64,000 nucleotides of DNA from Oopsacas minuta (GCA_024704765.1 JAKMXF010000266.1:62001-126000); one strand, 5' to 3'. Positions 37,985 to 49,182 are shown, counted from the first letter of the stretch. The notes: generated by a model from the sequence alone, not told the origin. Numbers and translations are program-made.

Positions 37985-40102
37985 CTAGCTTATACACATT
38001 CGTATCCTCTTACCAATACATATAACACAACAGAACGGAGCTGCTATGACAGTCAGTATGTATTTGAATATCTTTTCTATCTGCATATCTTCTGTATCCA
38101 TGTAACATGTACATTCAAATGTCTCAGCTCTCCAGTCTAGTATCCTTGTAGGGAGCTTGCCTTTCTTCTTGAAAGAAGCTTGCTTATCTTGAATATACTT
38201 TTTCGCTGCAATAGCTCCTCTACATTTTCCACTACAGTTAAATAAACGTGTGTCTCTTTGTGAACCACTTTCTTTCAGCTGATTTTCAAGTTCACTTTTC
38301 AGGCTCTTCTTCCAGCATACAACACGTCCTATAGCCAGCTTAAAGCAACCAGGGATGATAATACATGAGGCGATCATAACCGCTAATCCATCGAACCTGC
38401 ATGCAGCTACTAATGTCAATAACAGTAATATAACTCTATTCCTCCATTTCTCTGTAGAATCTTCTAATATCAAATCTATTGGCGATTCATAACACTCAGT
38501 TTCATTACCTCCTTCACACGTACATCCACAATTCGTAACACAAGCACAAGTAGTATTTGTACTAATAACAAACTCTATAGAATCCACTGTATTAATTGCA
38601 CTGTCCCATAGCATTGCTATACAATTGTACTGTTTGCCTTCTTTTACGAATGACTGTACACGGAATTCAATTGATCTCCGTTCGCTAGCATCTAGTGTAA
38701 CTTTTTTGTTTCTAATGTTCGTTAAACCTTCTGGACACATTAATCCTATGTTGAATGCACTTGTCAATGTCCCTGTGTTCTCAATTTCAATTGTTACTCG
38801 GCCAAATTCCGTGAGAGCTTCGAACTCACTTGAATTTATCTTTAAAATAACTCCGCTCGCTATGTTCCTTACAAGCGTGACGTCATCTGCTTCAAGTTCT
38901 AGTGTTATTCTAGTTGTGTGTGTATTTAAGTCTTCACATTTAATTCGTAAGCGATCTACAGAAGTCGATCTATGTATGCTACAGATTTGTGCTAAGAAAT
39001 ATCCTTTATCTTTCTCACTTATGTGAATTTCATTTTTTATCAATGCATTACGTATCTTCTCGCTCTCCAGATAGAAATCCCATAGTTGATTTCCTAGACA
39101 CGATCCATTCCTATAATTACATCTGCTTATCTGGTTTTTGAATCCCGTATAGCTTACACCAACTCTATCACAACTCAGACCACTCAAATCGACCTTGTTA
39201 ACTGGTATAAGTAGCCAGCTTCTAGCTCCCCCTCTATATGCCCTAGAATACTCACGTTTGGTATTCCTCCTCTGACTAGGAGAGGGAACGAATAAGATTC
39301 TATCTTCAAAAGTATCTATTGCTGAAATAGGAGCATAATCTCCATGTATTTTAGCTACAAGTCCATTCTTTGAGGCTATAGTATCTGATTTAGGATTTAT
39401 AGTTATCGTTTCTACTTCCTCCCAATCATAAGGCATTCCATCCATTCTATCAGCTTCCTTTCCCATTTCTACCTTTACATGAATGGCATACTCTACAACA
39501 GGAGGTTTTATGCTATAAGCGTCATAATACAATTTCTCCATACGTAGACAGTGTGCAGAATATCTACCAGTGAGTGCTTGTATGGTAGTGCATTTGTGTA
39601 ATCGTCTTATGTTCTGTCCTGCCACGTGACATCTACAACAGAAACCAGCACTATCTGGTATTCTCCTATTCTGTTTGTCCTTTGCGAAACCACACTGCGT
39701 GTTTCGCTGATGATCTTGATCACGACAATCCCCAAGATTTAATCCAAATCTCTTCACTACTTCTTCATAAGGACGTCCATTTACAGATTGTTCATATACT
39801 AGGTTATAAGTGAGATGTACCTTTGTTTTTGTTACTTTTATTCTTATTGGTGTTTTCAGGGTAGTTTGTTCCTGGTCGTTACCGTTTGTAGTTCCTATAG
39901 AGTGTATATTAGCGTAGAGAGCATCTGTATCTCCCTTGCTATCATGTATTGCTAGAGATACGAGAATTCTTTGTTTGCAAGTTCCACCTGATAATTCCTG
40001 GTCCTGTATGGTACATGTCTCAATACTGCTCTTAGATAACAATATACTACAGACTGTTGGTAGTGATACTATACAAATGTAAAGAATATGACGAATATTC
40101 AT
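37985..40102 (-). CDS. HAP2: HAP2/GCS1 class II gamete fusogen, intronless
   Basis: Signal peptide, LSKSSIETC, GFCCRC, YSAHCLRM, HAP2-GCS1 domain DLSGLSCDRVGVSYTGFKNQISRC...GSCLGNQL, C-terminal TM and basic Cys-rich tail. Confidence 0.95.
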   Translation of the reverse strand: MNIRHILYICIVSLPTVCSILLSKSSIETCTIQDQELSGGTCKQRILVSLAIHDSKGDTDALYANIHSIGTTNGNDQEQTTLKTPIRIKVTKTKVHLTYNLVYEQSVNGRPYEEVVKRFGLNLGDCRDQDHQRNTQCGFAKDKQNRRIPDSAGFCCRCHVAGQNIRRLHKCTTIQALTGRYSAHCLRMEKLYYDAYSIKPPVVEYAIHVKVEMGKEADRMDGMPYDWEEVETITINPKSDTIASKNGLVAKIHGDYAPISAIDTFEDRILFVPSPSQRRNTKREYSRAYRGGARSWLLIPVNKVDLSGLSCDRVGVSYTGFKNQISRCNYRNGSCLGNQLWDFYLESEKIRNALIKNEIHISEKDKGYFLAQICSIHRSTSVDRLRIKCEDLNTHTTRITLELEADDVTLVRNIASGVILKINSSEFEALTEFGRVTIEIENTGTLTSAFNIGLMCPEGLTNIRNKKVTLDASERRSIEFRVQSFVKEGKQYNCIAMLWDSAINTVDSIEFVISTNTTCACVTNCGCTCEGGNETECYESPIDLILEDSTEKWRNRVILLLLTLVAACRFDGLAVMIASCIIIPGCFKLAIGRVVCWKKSLKSELENQLKESGSQRDTRLFNCSGKCRGAIAAKKYIQDKQASFKKKGKLPTRILDWRAETFECTCYMDTEDMQIEKIFKYILTVIAAPFCCVICIGKRIRMCIS

Positions 40103-40270
40103 AGCTAGAAACGTTCAATGCTATTTGTTTGCAACTCGAAATTTATCTAATTCAACGAATTTCGAATAGTCATGTATTCAACAGAATTCCATCTGTCCTG
40201 TTTGCGATATTTCGTTTAATTCTGCTATCTTCCAATCACGTTACTATCCATTGTATGTCTTGAAGCGATA
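40103..40270. promoter_or_regulatory. Putative bidirectional promoter shared by HAP2 and CatSper4
   Basis: Only 168 bp separate the divergent ATGs. Contains forkhead-like TATTTGTTTGC and X-box-like half sites GCAAC and GTTACTA; motif calls are weak. Confidence 0.55.
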
Positions 40271-41854
40271 ATGTGGGAACGCATAAAGCATCGTAAATTT
40301 ATCCCAGAGTCATCAGAAGAGTTGACTAAGCGAATACGTCTCAATCCTTGCATATCTCCTGCTAAGAGAGTCATCTCCAAACCAGCTCTTGATCTCAGTC
40401 AAGGTAGTTACTTCATTCCTTACGGGAATGATGAAAGAAACGAGGAAGACGACCTACTCTGCCATACTGAGGTTATGGACCAGGATGAATGTATGCTCGA
40501 GAATGAATACTTCCATCACGCGTTAGGACAGATATTGGATGGCTTACCTTTCAAGCTATTTATACTTGTGGTGATCTTGCTCAACTCCTTTGTAATCGGT
40601 CTCCAATCCTTTCCACACCTAGAAGAAAGCTATGGCGTATACTTCCATGTTTTAGATCGCTTATTTCTGATCATATTTATAATGGAGATGCTATTCAAAC
40701 TCTATTATGACTTTTGGATGTTTTGGCTTGAAGGATGGAACATATTCGACTTCGTAATAATCACATTTACAGTATTGGGTAATAATTTTTACAATTTAAC
40801 CAATGCGAGGATATTTAAAATAATGAAGGTTATCAGAGCATTGAGAAGTTTGAGAAGTATTAGCGCTTTCCAAGGCCTCCAGATCGTGATACACACCATC
40901 TGGCATTCTATACCGGATATGGCTAATATAGCTGCCCTCTTGCTAATTGTTATGTTGATTTTCTCAATTATCGGTGTTTCTATCTTTGGTGAGATTTCTC
41001 CGAAAGATTTTGGGAATTTATGGCGAGCCTGGTTCACTCTTTACATTTGTCTTACACAAGATGGTTGGGTGGAAGTATTCAAACGTCTCGAGGAAAAGAA
41101 TTATTATGAAGTAGCCGCGATATATTTCGCGATATTCATAGTAATCGGTGCATTCGTATTAATGAATTTGGTCGTTGCTGTTGTCATCACTGTGTTGGAA
41201 CGGGCCTTAGAGGAGGAACAGGAGTTGGACGCGCTGGAGAAACTTTCAAAGGCCAAAGCGAATAACTTAGTTGACCTGAAAGCAGTTGATGGGTTTGAGA
41301 AATTAAAGAAAATCAATTTTCAACAGAAACCTATCGAAATTCCTGACTTCAATTTTAACGAGAATGACCTTACATTATATTTTGTAACATTGTCTGCACT
41401 CGAAGATAATTTTATCGAGTTTAAGAAAATAAAAACAGAACTACAATCCATTCTCCATAACCAAAAGATGATCAATAAACTCGTTCAACAGCCAGTGGAA
41501 TCGTATAGCCCTGTTTCTGATATACCTAAAAATCCCTCTACGTCTTATGAAAACATACACTCTACAGAGTCCAGTGACGACATAGCAGAGTTGGAAGACA
41601 TAAGTAAACCAATAAAGCGTAATGCTTCATTTATGCGACGACGTCTTTCAGTCGGTCTTCAAAACTTTAAAAATATCGTTTTACCACCTAGTACTACTCA
41701 AGATTCTATACCTAGTGTCTCTCAAAACCTGACAACAGACGTAGTCAGTAATCTAATGCGAATATCCTCAGCTGCTCATATAGATGTTGAAGGAGCGAAT
41801 GGAATTGGTGATATAATTACTCGTATGAAAGGTTGGAAATTATCTATAGCATGA
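40271..41854 (+). CDS. CATSPER4: CatSper alpha subunit, CatSper4-like, intronless
   Basis: Single 6-TM domain, S4 RIFKIMKVIRALRSLR, pore FTLYICLTQDGWVEVF (TQDGW is the CatSper4-type filter), coiled coil after S6. Confidence 0.85.
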   Translation: MWERIKHRKFIPESSEELTKRIRLNPCISPAKRVISKPALDLSQGSYFIPYGNDERNEEDDLLCHTEVMDQDECMLENEYFHHALGQILDGLPFKLFILVVILLNSFVIGLQSFPHLEESYGVYFHVLDRLFLIIFIMEMLFKLYYDFWMFWLEGWNIFDFVIITFTVLGNNFYNLTNARIFKIMKVIRALRSLRSISAFQGLQIVIHTIWHSIPDMANIAALLLIVMLIFSIIGVSIFGEISPKDFGNLWRAWFTLYICLTQDGWVEVFKRLEEKNYYEVAAIYFAIFIVIGAFVLMNLVVAVVITVLERALEEEQELDALEKLSKAKANNLVDLKAVDGFEKLKKINFQQKPIEIPDFNFNENDLTLYFVTLSALEDNFIEFKKIKTELQSILHNQKMINKLVQQPVESYSPVSDIPKNPSTSYENIHSTESSDDIAELEDISKPIKRNASFMRRRLSVGLQNFKNIVLPPSTTQDSIPSVSQNLTTDVVSNLMRISSAAHIDVEGANGIGDIITRMKGWKLSIA

Positions 41855-43271
41855 TACTAATCTATTACTTGACGTCAGTATACATACCCCCCTCTATTCC
41901 TATCTCTACCAATCATATCATTTTTATTCAAGTCCAACATTCATGCTGATTCGATTATCTTTCAATAATTAAATTCTACCTATCAGAAGGCTATTTAGTC
42001 GCATATATTTTAACCGTAGCATTCGTTAATATTATTGTCTCTTTCCGAAAATAAAAGTATTTTCTATATTACAACAGATTCTCAATGAACCCGCATGAAC
42101 ATTCCAAACTTTGCTCGTACCAACCACCATATATTTCCATAATTAATTAAATTGACCTCTCTCCACTCCAGAGCTTTATACCTACATTACCTATTACAGC
42201 TTCAATTCCAATGGTCCACCTGTAGCTCTATAGTTCAGAATAGTATATCTGGTTTAATTAATTCAAAATTACATCATGAGATTGTTAAGTACTTCAGAGA
42301 ACTGATTACACATGATTATTTGATAAGAAGCTTGTATACTTGACACGTACACATACTTTTGCACTATTACAACGAATCAAATACGTTTTTGGTAATAATA
42401 TATTAGTATTATAAATTAATTCACGTGAAGTTGTCATGAAAAACAACCAGGTCTTCTGAGAATCTATTATGATGCATGAAACAGGTAATAAAATATTTAA
42501 TAAGAAGTGATTTCTATCATTTATACTTTGTATCAGTAAAATATACTTTTGTAAGCAATCTTTAATGGATACGTTTCTTGCTAAGTGTACTCGTGGCTAT
42601 TCGATTCTAATTCTACTTTGCAAAATCACTTACTAACAGTCAGAGACGAAATCGTGCTTTTGTTGTTCGTAGAAAAACACATTCAAATTTACTGAAATTC
42701 TCATTTTTGGCAATTCTGTCACTATCAATTACCTTTTTGTAAATTCAATACACTTACAGGAATAAAATCCGCTCACAGAATTCGTAAATTTTCCAATACA
42801 GTCAATTCAATTAATCAACCCTTTTGTGAATGCTTCTAATTAACTGTGGAATCCCGTTTAAAATATCTTAGCGTTGGAAGACACTTGGTCTCATTTTCCT
42901 TTAGTTCTCCGCAACAACAGCTTTTATCTCTATGATTAGGAGAGCGTTTTATAGATATTCCACATCACGATTCTAAGTATCTGTATTATCGGCATTTGTA
43001 TGATTGTTGAACAATTATATTTATTTGACTATTGGCTTATTTCTTGGGTTATCTCCGCACGTCACGGTTAATCTCTTGTTATCCATAAGAACTCTATAAA
43101 CCATTATAATATCTGCTTAGAGGTCGCTACATAGCTGTTGTAAACAATTGAGATAATTATGTTAACACAATTGAGAAACCACATTTCGTATTTCTTATAT
43201 GTCTATTTTACATTTGTCATGAATTAATTAGCTATTAAATCGGCAGAGGTTCCTTCCACATTAACTCTCTG

Positions 43272-45149
43272 ATGGTATTGTTATGCAAATCTCCATTTAA
43301 TGGGAAGACAAATAAAATCATAATTACAGCTCTTTGCTTCCTACTTTCAATCTCTTTAATTCGTATCTGGTTTTACAATATCCAAATATCAGATTTCAAA
43401 GCTAGACTAAGCGATTCCTTCCACACACAAGCTAAATCGTCTCTCCAGTACATTTATACATGTTTCCTTAACAGTAGTCAATCATTTTCCTCATTCGTGC
43501 CCTCAGATATTAAGACTGATATTCAGTATGCTATAATAATAGATGCAGGTAGTTCAGGTTCCCGTGCATACATATACTACTGGTCAACTCAAGCTGAGAT
43601 TACTAACACCGGTGTAACACAAATCTCACAACTTGTTGATATCCATGACCAACCCATAATAATGAAGGTATCTCCTGGGCTAACTGACTATAAATATTCT
43701 AAACAAGCTTATGAAGATGGGATTAAACCTCTTCTATCGTATGTATTGCAGCATATTCCTGGTGAACAAATTCCAATCACACCTGTTTATATCCTAGCAA
43801 CGGCTGGGATGCGTTTGATCCCTACACAACAACAGAACAGGATTCTCGCGGAAATTGAATTAGGAATTAGACGCGATTTCGGTTTTAAGATCAAAAGTGA
43901 GAATGTTCGTGTTATCTCTGGTATAGATGAAGGTGTTTACAGCTGGCTTGCAATTAATTACATCTTAAAACGTTTAGATTCTGCACACCACAACGAATCC
44001 AAATCAACAAGTACCGTTGGGTCTCTAGATATGGGCGGAGGGTCGCTACAGATCGCTTATGAAATTCCTATCCATAAAACTGATGGGAAATTTATCCAAC
44101 ATCTGAATTTTGGTATAAATCTCCAATACAAGTTGTATGTGAATACGTATCTGAACTTCGGTGCGAATCAAGTGAGAGATGCTCATTTTGCTTACCTTAT
44201 CAATACCAGCATGTCCTCAATACATAACTATTCTATATATAATCAATCCACAATACAAGTTACGGATCCTTGTCTACATGAAAATCAACACGAATATCGT
44301 ATGTATGCAGGACGAACTGTCAAAATATTAGGATCAGGGAATTACAATTTGTGCCGTAAGCAACTTATAACTCATCTAAAGCAGGATAATCCATGTCCTC
44401 CTTCACCAATCCACTGTAAAATGAACGGGATGTATCAAGCTCCGATTGACTTTACTAACATGCAGTTTTACGGTTTCTCAGAGTTCTGGTATACCATGGA
44501 TGACGTGTTCAATATTGGAGGTGTTTATTACCGCGAAAAGTATGATCTATCAGCTGTTGAGTACTGCAGCTTGGATTGGAGCACTATCATGGATTGGCGA
44601 GGGAAGAATTTGTACCCTCGTGCTGATTTGAATCGACAGGCGACACAATGTTTCAAATCTGCTTGGCTATCTATAGTCCTTCATCGCGGCTTTGGATTCC
44701 CAGATGACTACAATCATTTACAGTCAACAGATCGAATTGATGGACGGGAAATTCAATGGACAATGGGTGCACTGATATACAGTCTTATGCAGAACAAGGA
44801 CACCGGATTAACCTCATTATCACACATCTACAAACTCACAAATCAAAAGTTATCCCATGACCTTATGCTACCTGTTGTATTCGTGTTATTAGCCGTATTA
44901 ATACTGTTCTTTGTTTGGTATTTCCTTATTTCAAAGAGGTCTAAGAAATCTGGAATGAAATCCTATCTACCTATGTTAGACAGTAGAAACAATCGCGGGC
45001 ACTCAAGAGCCTCAAGTTTCCCGTTTCCTCATACTCCCTCAAAATCTGATATTCCTAGAGTCACAAGCAACAGCTCATTACGCAGTATCCTCTCTCTGAA
45101 TGGAGACAGAGAATCCAGCATGTTTTTAAATGTAGAAAAGGTGGAATAG
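43272..45149 (+). CDS. GDA1/CD39-family NTPDase (ENTPD4/7-like), intronless
   Basis: Apyrase conserved regions DAGSSGSR, ATAGMR, DEGVYSW, DMGGGSLQ, WTMGA; N- and C-terminal TM segments. Confidence 0.93.
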   Translation: MVLLCKSPFNGKTNKIIITALCFLLSISLIRIWFYNIQISDFKARLSDSFHTQAKSSLQYIYTCFLNSSQSFSSFVPSDIKTDIQYAIIIDAGSSGSRAYIYYWSTQAEITNTGVTQISQLVDIHDQPIIMKVSPGLTDYKYSKQAYEDGIKPLLSYVLQHIPGEQIPITPVYILATAGMRLIPTQQQNRILAEIELGIRRDFGFKIKSENVRVISGIDEGVYSWLAINYILKRLDSAHHNESKSTSTVGSLDMGGGSLQIAYEIPIHKTDGKFIQHLNFGINLQYKLYVNTYLNFGANQVRDAHFAYLINTSMSSIHNYSIYNQSTIQVTDPCLHENQHEYRMYAGRTVKILGSGNYNLCRKQLITHLKQDNPCPPSPIHCKMNGMYQAPIDFTNMQFYGFSEFWYTMDDVFNIGGVYYREKYDLSAVEYCSLDWSTIMDWRGKNLYPRADLNRQATQCFKSAWLSIVLHRGFGFPDDYNHLQSTDRIDGREIQWTMGALIYSLMQNKDTGLTSLSHIYKLTNQKLSHDLMLPVVFVLLAVLILFFVWYFLISKRSKKSGMKSYLPMLDSRNNRGHSRASSFPFPHTPSKSDIPRVTSNSSLRSILSLNGDRESSMFLNVEKVE

Positions 45150-45704
45150 TTACAATGTTACTACACTTGTGTAGTTATGTAATCAATTCTAATACAAGCT
45201 TGCCATAATAATGTGTGGGACTACGTAGATTATCTCAACCATTCTTGGTTTTGATGTTGTTATTTATTAGCTCCTAATAATTAGATATATATAACTCATT
45301 ATGTAATAAACTCATCACAAAGACCACCCACTTTCTGACTTGCCTTTTCAAATTTGCTCTCTCTATACTCACATGTGTGACGAATATTTTGCATTCTTGA
45401 ATTCTTAAAATTACTAGCTTCATGATGTATTACACGTCATCCTCGATGATGAGCTATTCTAGCATTTACAAACCATTTCTTGCCCTGAATAAATCAATTA
45501 TTGAAATAATTTCACTTTAATGCAAATTTTCAATACTAAATCAGTGCATTTAGACATAGACCTCCAAGGTCCGAGTGACTATAAAAATCTACACAATTGA
45601 ACACTTTATTTGTGCGGTCAAATCGTGTAAGTTTGTGTGATCAAAATGAATTTCTGTTTCTCTTGAATAGAATTTAAACACAATTAATTGGTCGTATTTC
45701 GCAT

Positions 45705-46859
45705 TTATAGTGTGTTCCAGGTCTCTCTGTTGGATTTCAAGTACGCAATTGCTTCTCCAATAACTTCACAGTTCACAGCATTTTGCCAGCACTCGAATAG
45801 CGGTAGAAGCACATAGTTTATAAAACCGACTTGTGATTGAGGGATTTTCTCTTGCTCACGGTTGCAAAGCGGTGAGATTGGAAGTTCCATTTCTTTCTCA
45901 ATATCCCCTTGTATAAAAAACTCCCCCATAATATTCTCAGCCCATGATTTACAAACTATCCAGGGTCTACAACCATTACTGATATCTGCACATTTTATAG
46001 CTATGCAAAGTGTAAGGATTTTGGTTTTTTTGTCTTTCATATTCAGTCCTGTAGCAACACATACGTTGAATTTCTCCATATATGTTCGATGCTGTTCCAT
46101 ATCTGTAGCGAGAATTAGATGGTTGATTATTGTGTAAATCTCTTTCTGCACATCGTCATCTAGATGTTTGATTAGACCTGATGACTTGAGTAGGGTGTGG
46201 GCTCGAGCAGCGTGGAAGTTTTCTAGGGGAGATGCTTGATAAGTAGACACGATAATGTGATCTGTATTCCTTAGGAATTTCTGGTTTACTCCTGGATGAT
46301 TTAGGTCGTGACATAAAGCAGCTAGAATGCAGGCGAAGTAGTCTACTTTTGTTACATTTTCGCTTAGAAATGGACATCGTGTCAGTAGAATATTCATTGA
46401 CTGGGCAACATCTGCAGCATGTGTTGCATTATGATATAAATTAATGCTCCAATAATTCCGTTGTACCTCGTAGAGAAACATGGAAAGGCAGGTTGTATTC
46501 AAACCGAATTCTTCAATTAGTCCATGCGATTTGAGAAGGTACATACCAACACAGCAGATTGGATGATCTTCGGATAGATCCGAAATTTCGAAGATATTCA
46601 TGTCCCAACAGTCAATTTTAGAAACTAAATCAACTTTGTGTTCTAACTCTTGAATTTTCTGTTCGATATATTCCTTTGGTTGGGAAGTCTTTTCGAAATC
46701 TTCTGTGCTCTCTTTAATAAAACTTGACAGATCTGACAGCATTGGAACACCCCCGCGACGTCTGTTTAAAATTTTTTCCGAAATGGGAATGTCGAGGGGA
46801 AGTTTTTTTAGGTTTGTACGGAAATCAATTTCAACATCATGACTAGTGCAGGTTCCCAT
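45705..46859 (-). CDS. PDE7: Class I cyclic nucleotide phosphodiesterase, PDE7-like; coding region uninterrupted
   Basis: YHNATHAAD, HDLNHPGVNQ, ATD, KCADISNGCR, EFFIQGDIEK..ISPLC, QVGF. ATG 46859 directly follows a YAG, so an upstream exon is possible. Confidence 0.85.
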   Translation of the reverse strand: MGTCTSHDVEIDFRTNLKKLPLDIPISEKILNRRRGGVPMLSDLSSFIKESTEDFEKTSQPKEYIEQKIQELEHKVDLVSKIDCWDMNIFEISDLSEDHPICCVGMYLLKSHGLIEEFGLNTTCLSMFLYEVQRNYWSINLYHNATHAADVAQSMNILLTRCPFLSENVTKVDYFACILAALCHDLNHPGVNQKFLRNTDHIIVSTYQASPLENFHAARAHTLLKSSGLIKHLDDDVQKEIYTIINHLILATDMEQHRTYMEKFNVCVATGLNMKDKKTKILTLCIAIKCADISNGCRPWIVCKSWAENIMGEFFIQGDIEKEMELPISPLCNREQEKIPQSQVGFINYVLLPLFECWQNAVNCEVIGEAIAYLKSNRETWNTL

Positions 46860-47125
46860 CTGTGCAAGAAAATTTATATGATTTTGATACGATAAATACA
46901 TATATTATAACAAATCTTTTGTGCGGTATATATTATCTGGAGATATATTCTAGTCCCTATTTTGCAGGCTGTTTATTTCTGATTCGTACCCTATATATAC
47001 TTGAGTCTGACTGCATAGGTAGCTTGCTTCATTGAATCGCCTGTAATAATGCCTATACGGTAAATGTACATATTATTTATCTCTACAAAGTGAATTTATT
47101 TTAATTGCAAATAATTACAGGTAAT

Positions 47126-47281
47126 CCAATTGGCTGATGGAACATTTTGAAGAGACTATTAGCCAATTTATCTGCCAATTGAATTAAAACTACGTCAATT
47201 CACTAACCCTTTGTTTCAAAATTACGTAGCTATAGTATCGGTTTCGTCATTGATTCCAAATAGACGTCATAATCCCCGTCA
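47126..47281. promoter_or_regulatory. Cluster of CCAAT boxes and CRE half-sites in the divergent PDE7/HAUS2-like interval
   Basis: CCAAT at 47126, 47163, 47175; CGTCA at 47193, 47245, 47265, 47277, all in the same orientation. Confidence 0.4.
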
Positions 47282-47677
47282 TGAATTTTTGAATGGACCT
47301 TTTCAGTGGCCTACATGAATAGAATTGTTTTCTGTTATTTCACTCTTAGCTCTCCATATCATTAATACAATTAGAATATTTGATTATGAATTTCACATTT
47401 CATCATTGAATAGAACAATAACCATTCTTCACTTGCTTGCATTTGGCGGAAAATGGAAGATTTATGCCTTGGTAATACGTATATATTTTTCTGTAAAATT
47501 TGCATACAAAATATAAATATATTGTGAATATAAGAAACAGATTTAATTTTTGAAGTATTCGCGTCAAATTTTCTTGTATCTTCCTTTGCTAATGGGTTAA
47601 TTCTAATAATCTCTCTTCTACATACACTAATAGTATATAATTTCTGATAATTAATTTTTTGATTACAAATCCGTTAA

Positions 47678-48313
47678 ATGGCACAAGAATATCCTACTTC
47701 TTCCAATCCTTGGAGCGAGTATCTTTCCCCAAGGGCCAAACTCAACAGTTCGTCTTTCAACAGAGTACTTTCTTCACCAATAGCTCTCACTTTATTGACT
47801 GACAATTTCAATCAACAGGTTGATACAGCATACAAACAATCTCATACGTGCAGATTTGTTTGTTTATGTGAGAGGATAGATGATCTTTTAACAGAATTAT
47901 TCAATCTGAAGCAAACCTACCAACATTTGGAAGCTATGAAAGAAATCTATAAATTTATTTCAAAAGATAGATTAAACGAGTATTTAAACGCATTAGATGA
48001 ACTCACTAAGTTATTCTCAAACCTATCAGAACAAAAAGATCTTATAAACTCTATAATAGCGATGGAAACGAAAAATTCCGATTTTTACCTTCACCCCAGT
48101 ATCCATGAGCCTCTACAAGAACTCTTGAGTGATATACAAAAGTATATTACAGCTGTAAACTGCCTAAAAATCGATTTAACACAAATTCAGGCTTTATCAA
48201 AGGAAAAGAATATATTACTCAATTTACAAGAAATAACTTGTTACATTGACGATTGCGTGGATAATTATAATTCTACTTACACTAAGATCACTAATCTCAC
48301 TCACTTAGTTTAA
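47678..48313 (+). CDS. Helical coiled-coil protein, possibly augmin subunit HAUS2, intronless
   Basis: 211-aa ORF. N-terminal NPW motif and ...KDLINSII....FYLHPSIHEPLQELL resemble recalled HAUS2 features; similarity is weak. Confidence 0.45.
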   Translation: MAQEYPTSSNPWSEYLSPRAKLNSSSFNRVLSSPIALTLLTDNFNQQVDTAYKQSHTCRFVCLCERIDDLLTELFNLKQTYQHLEAMKEIYKFISKDRLNEYLNALDELTKLFSNLSEQKDLINSIIAMETKNSDFYLHPSIHEPLQELLSDIQKYITAVNCLKIDLTQIQALSKEKNILLNLQEITCYIDDCVDNYNSTYTKITNLTHLV

Positions 48314-48921
48314 TCATTATCTCTTAATTTATCTATTATACTCTCATTTAAACTACGTGGTTGTTGTGTGGAAACTGCTCCCAGCTGGGAAATTGGTAAA
48401 ACAGCTTAATTCGATCACGAAAATATTGTTTACTACCCCCAAGTATGCCATAAACAGCCAAAACTTATTACCCAATAATTAACACGTTCTCGAAGTGTCT
48501 ATTTTCCTTAAAATACGTAATTTCCAGTAGCGTGTATATGCCCTTTACTTGTATCTCCACACAATAATCAATACATTCGTCATACTTATCAATGGAGTTG
48601 TATTGTTCCATATGCTATACTTGCGCGAGAAGATAATATTTATAAATGAAGCACCTGCTCTATTATAGAGGCCATGTTTAGACTCAATGAATAGCAAAAA
48701 TGCTGGCCTCATACGTGTACGTAGCATGATGAAATTAAATTACTAAAAAACTTGCCAATTCCTTTTGGATTCTTTTGCTACGTAACTGGTAACTGACTGC
48801 TCATGCAATAATATTTAGTTTCCCAAAATTTTAAACTGAAGCCATGTACTAAATGTGTAGGTATTTTTTGCATCTATAGATTGTTTGAATACAAATAATG
48901 TTTGCGTAATGTTATATTAGC

Positions 48922-49182
48922 ATGAGTGGTAGACCTGTACGTAGCTTTGCAAACCAATCAGAAGCTTCTCTAGAGCTAAGGACACACCATGAGGATTTGG
49001 CTAAACTATATCAATTTCTAGGAATAAGAGTTGATGAAGGATTGCTACTTGAAATATTTATGCTATTGCATTGTAGAGTTCCTGTAGATGTACTGCTTGA
49101 GACTCTAAAGGAGATTGAAGATAGAGATATTGAGTATCAAGATCTTAAGAATGCAAACAAGATACGCTCACAAACTAGCTAA
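48922..49182 (+). CDS. Small protein, possibly MOZART2 (gamma-TuRC microprotein), intronless
   Basis: 86-aa ORF. LAKLYQFLGIRVDEGLLLEIFMLLHCRVPVDVLLETLKEI resembles the MZT2 core pattern. Confidence 0.5.
   Translation: MSGRPVRSFANQSEASLELRTHHEDLAKLYQFLGIRVDEGLLLEIFMLLHCRVPVDVLLETLKEIEDRDIEYQDLKNANKIRSQTS

Noticed and set aside
45373-45484. Minus-strand exon-like stretch GKKWFVNARIAHHRG*RVIHH (homeodomain helix-3 look-alike; in-frame TGA as possible selenocysteine)
   Set aside because: No upstream homeodomain exon, no selenoprotein motif and no SECIS found; most likely chance similarity.
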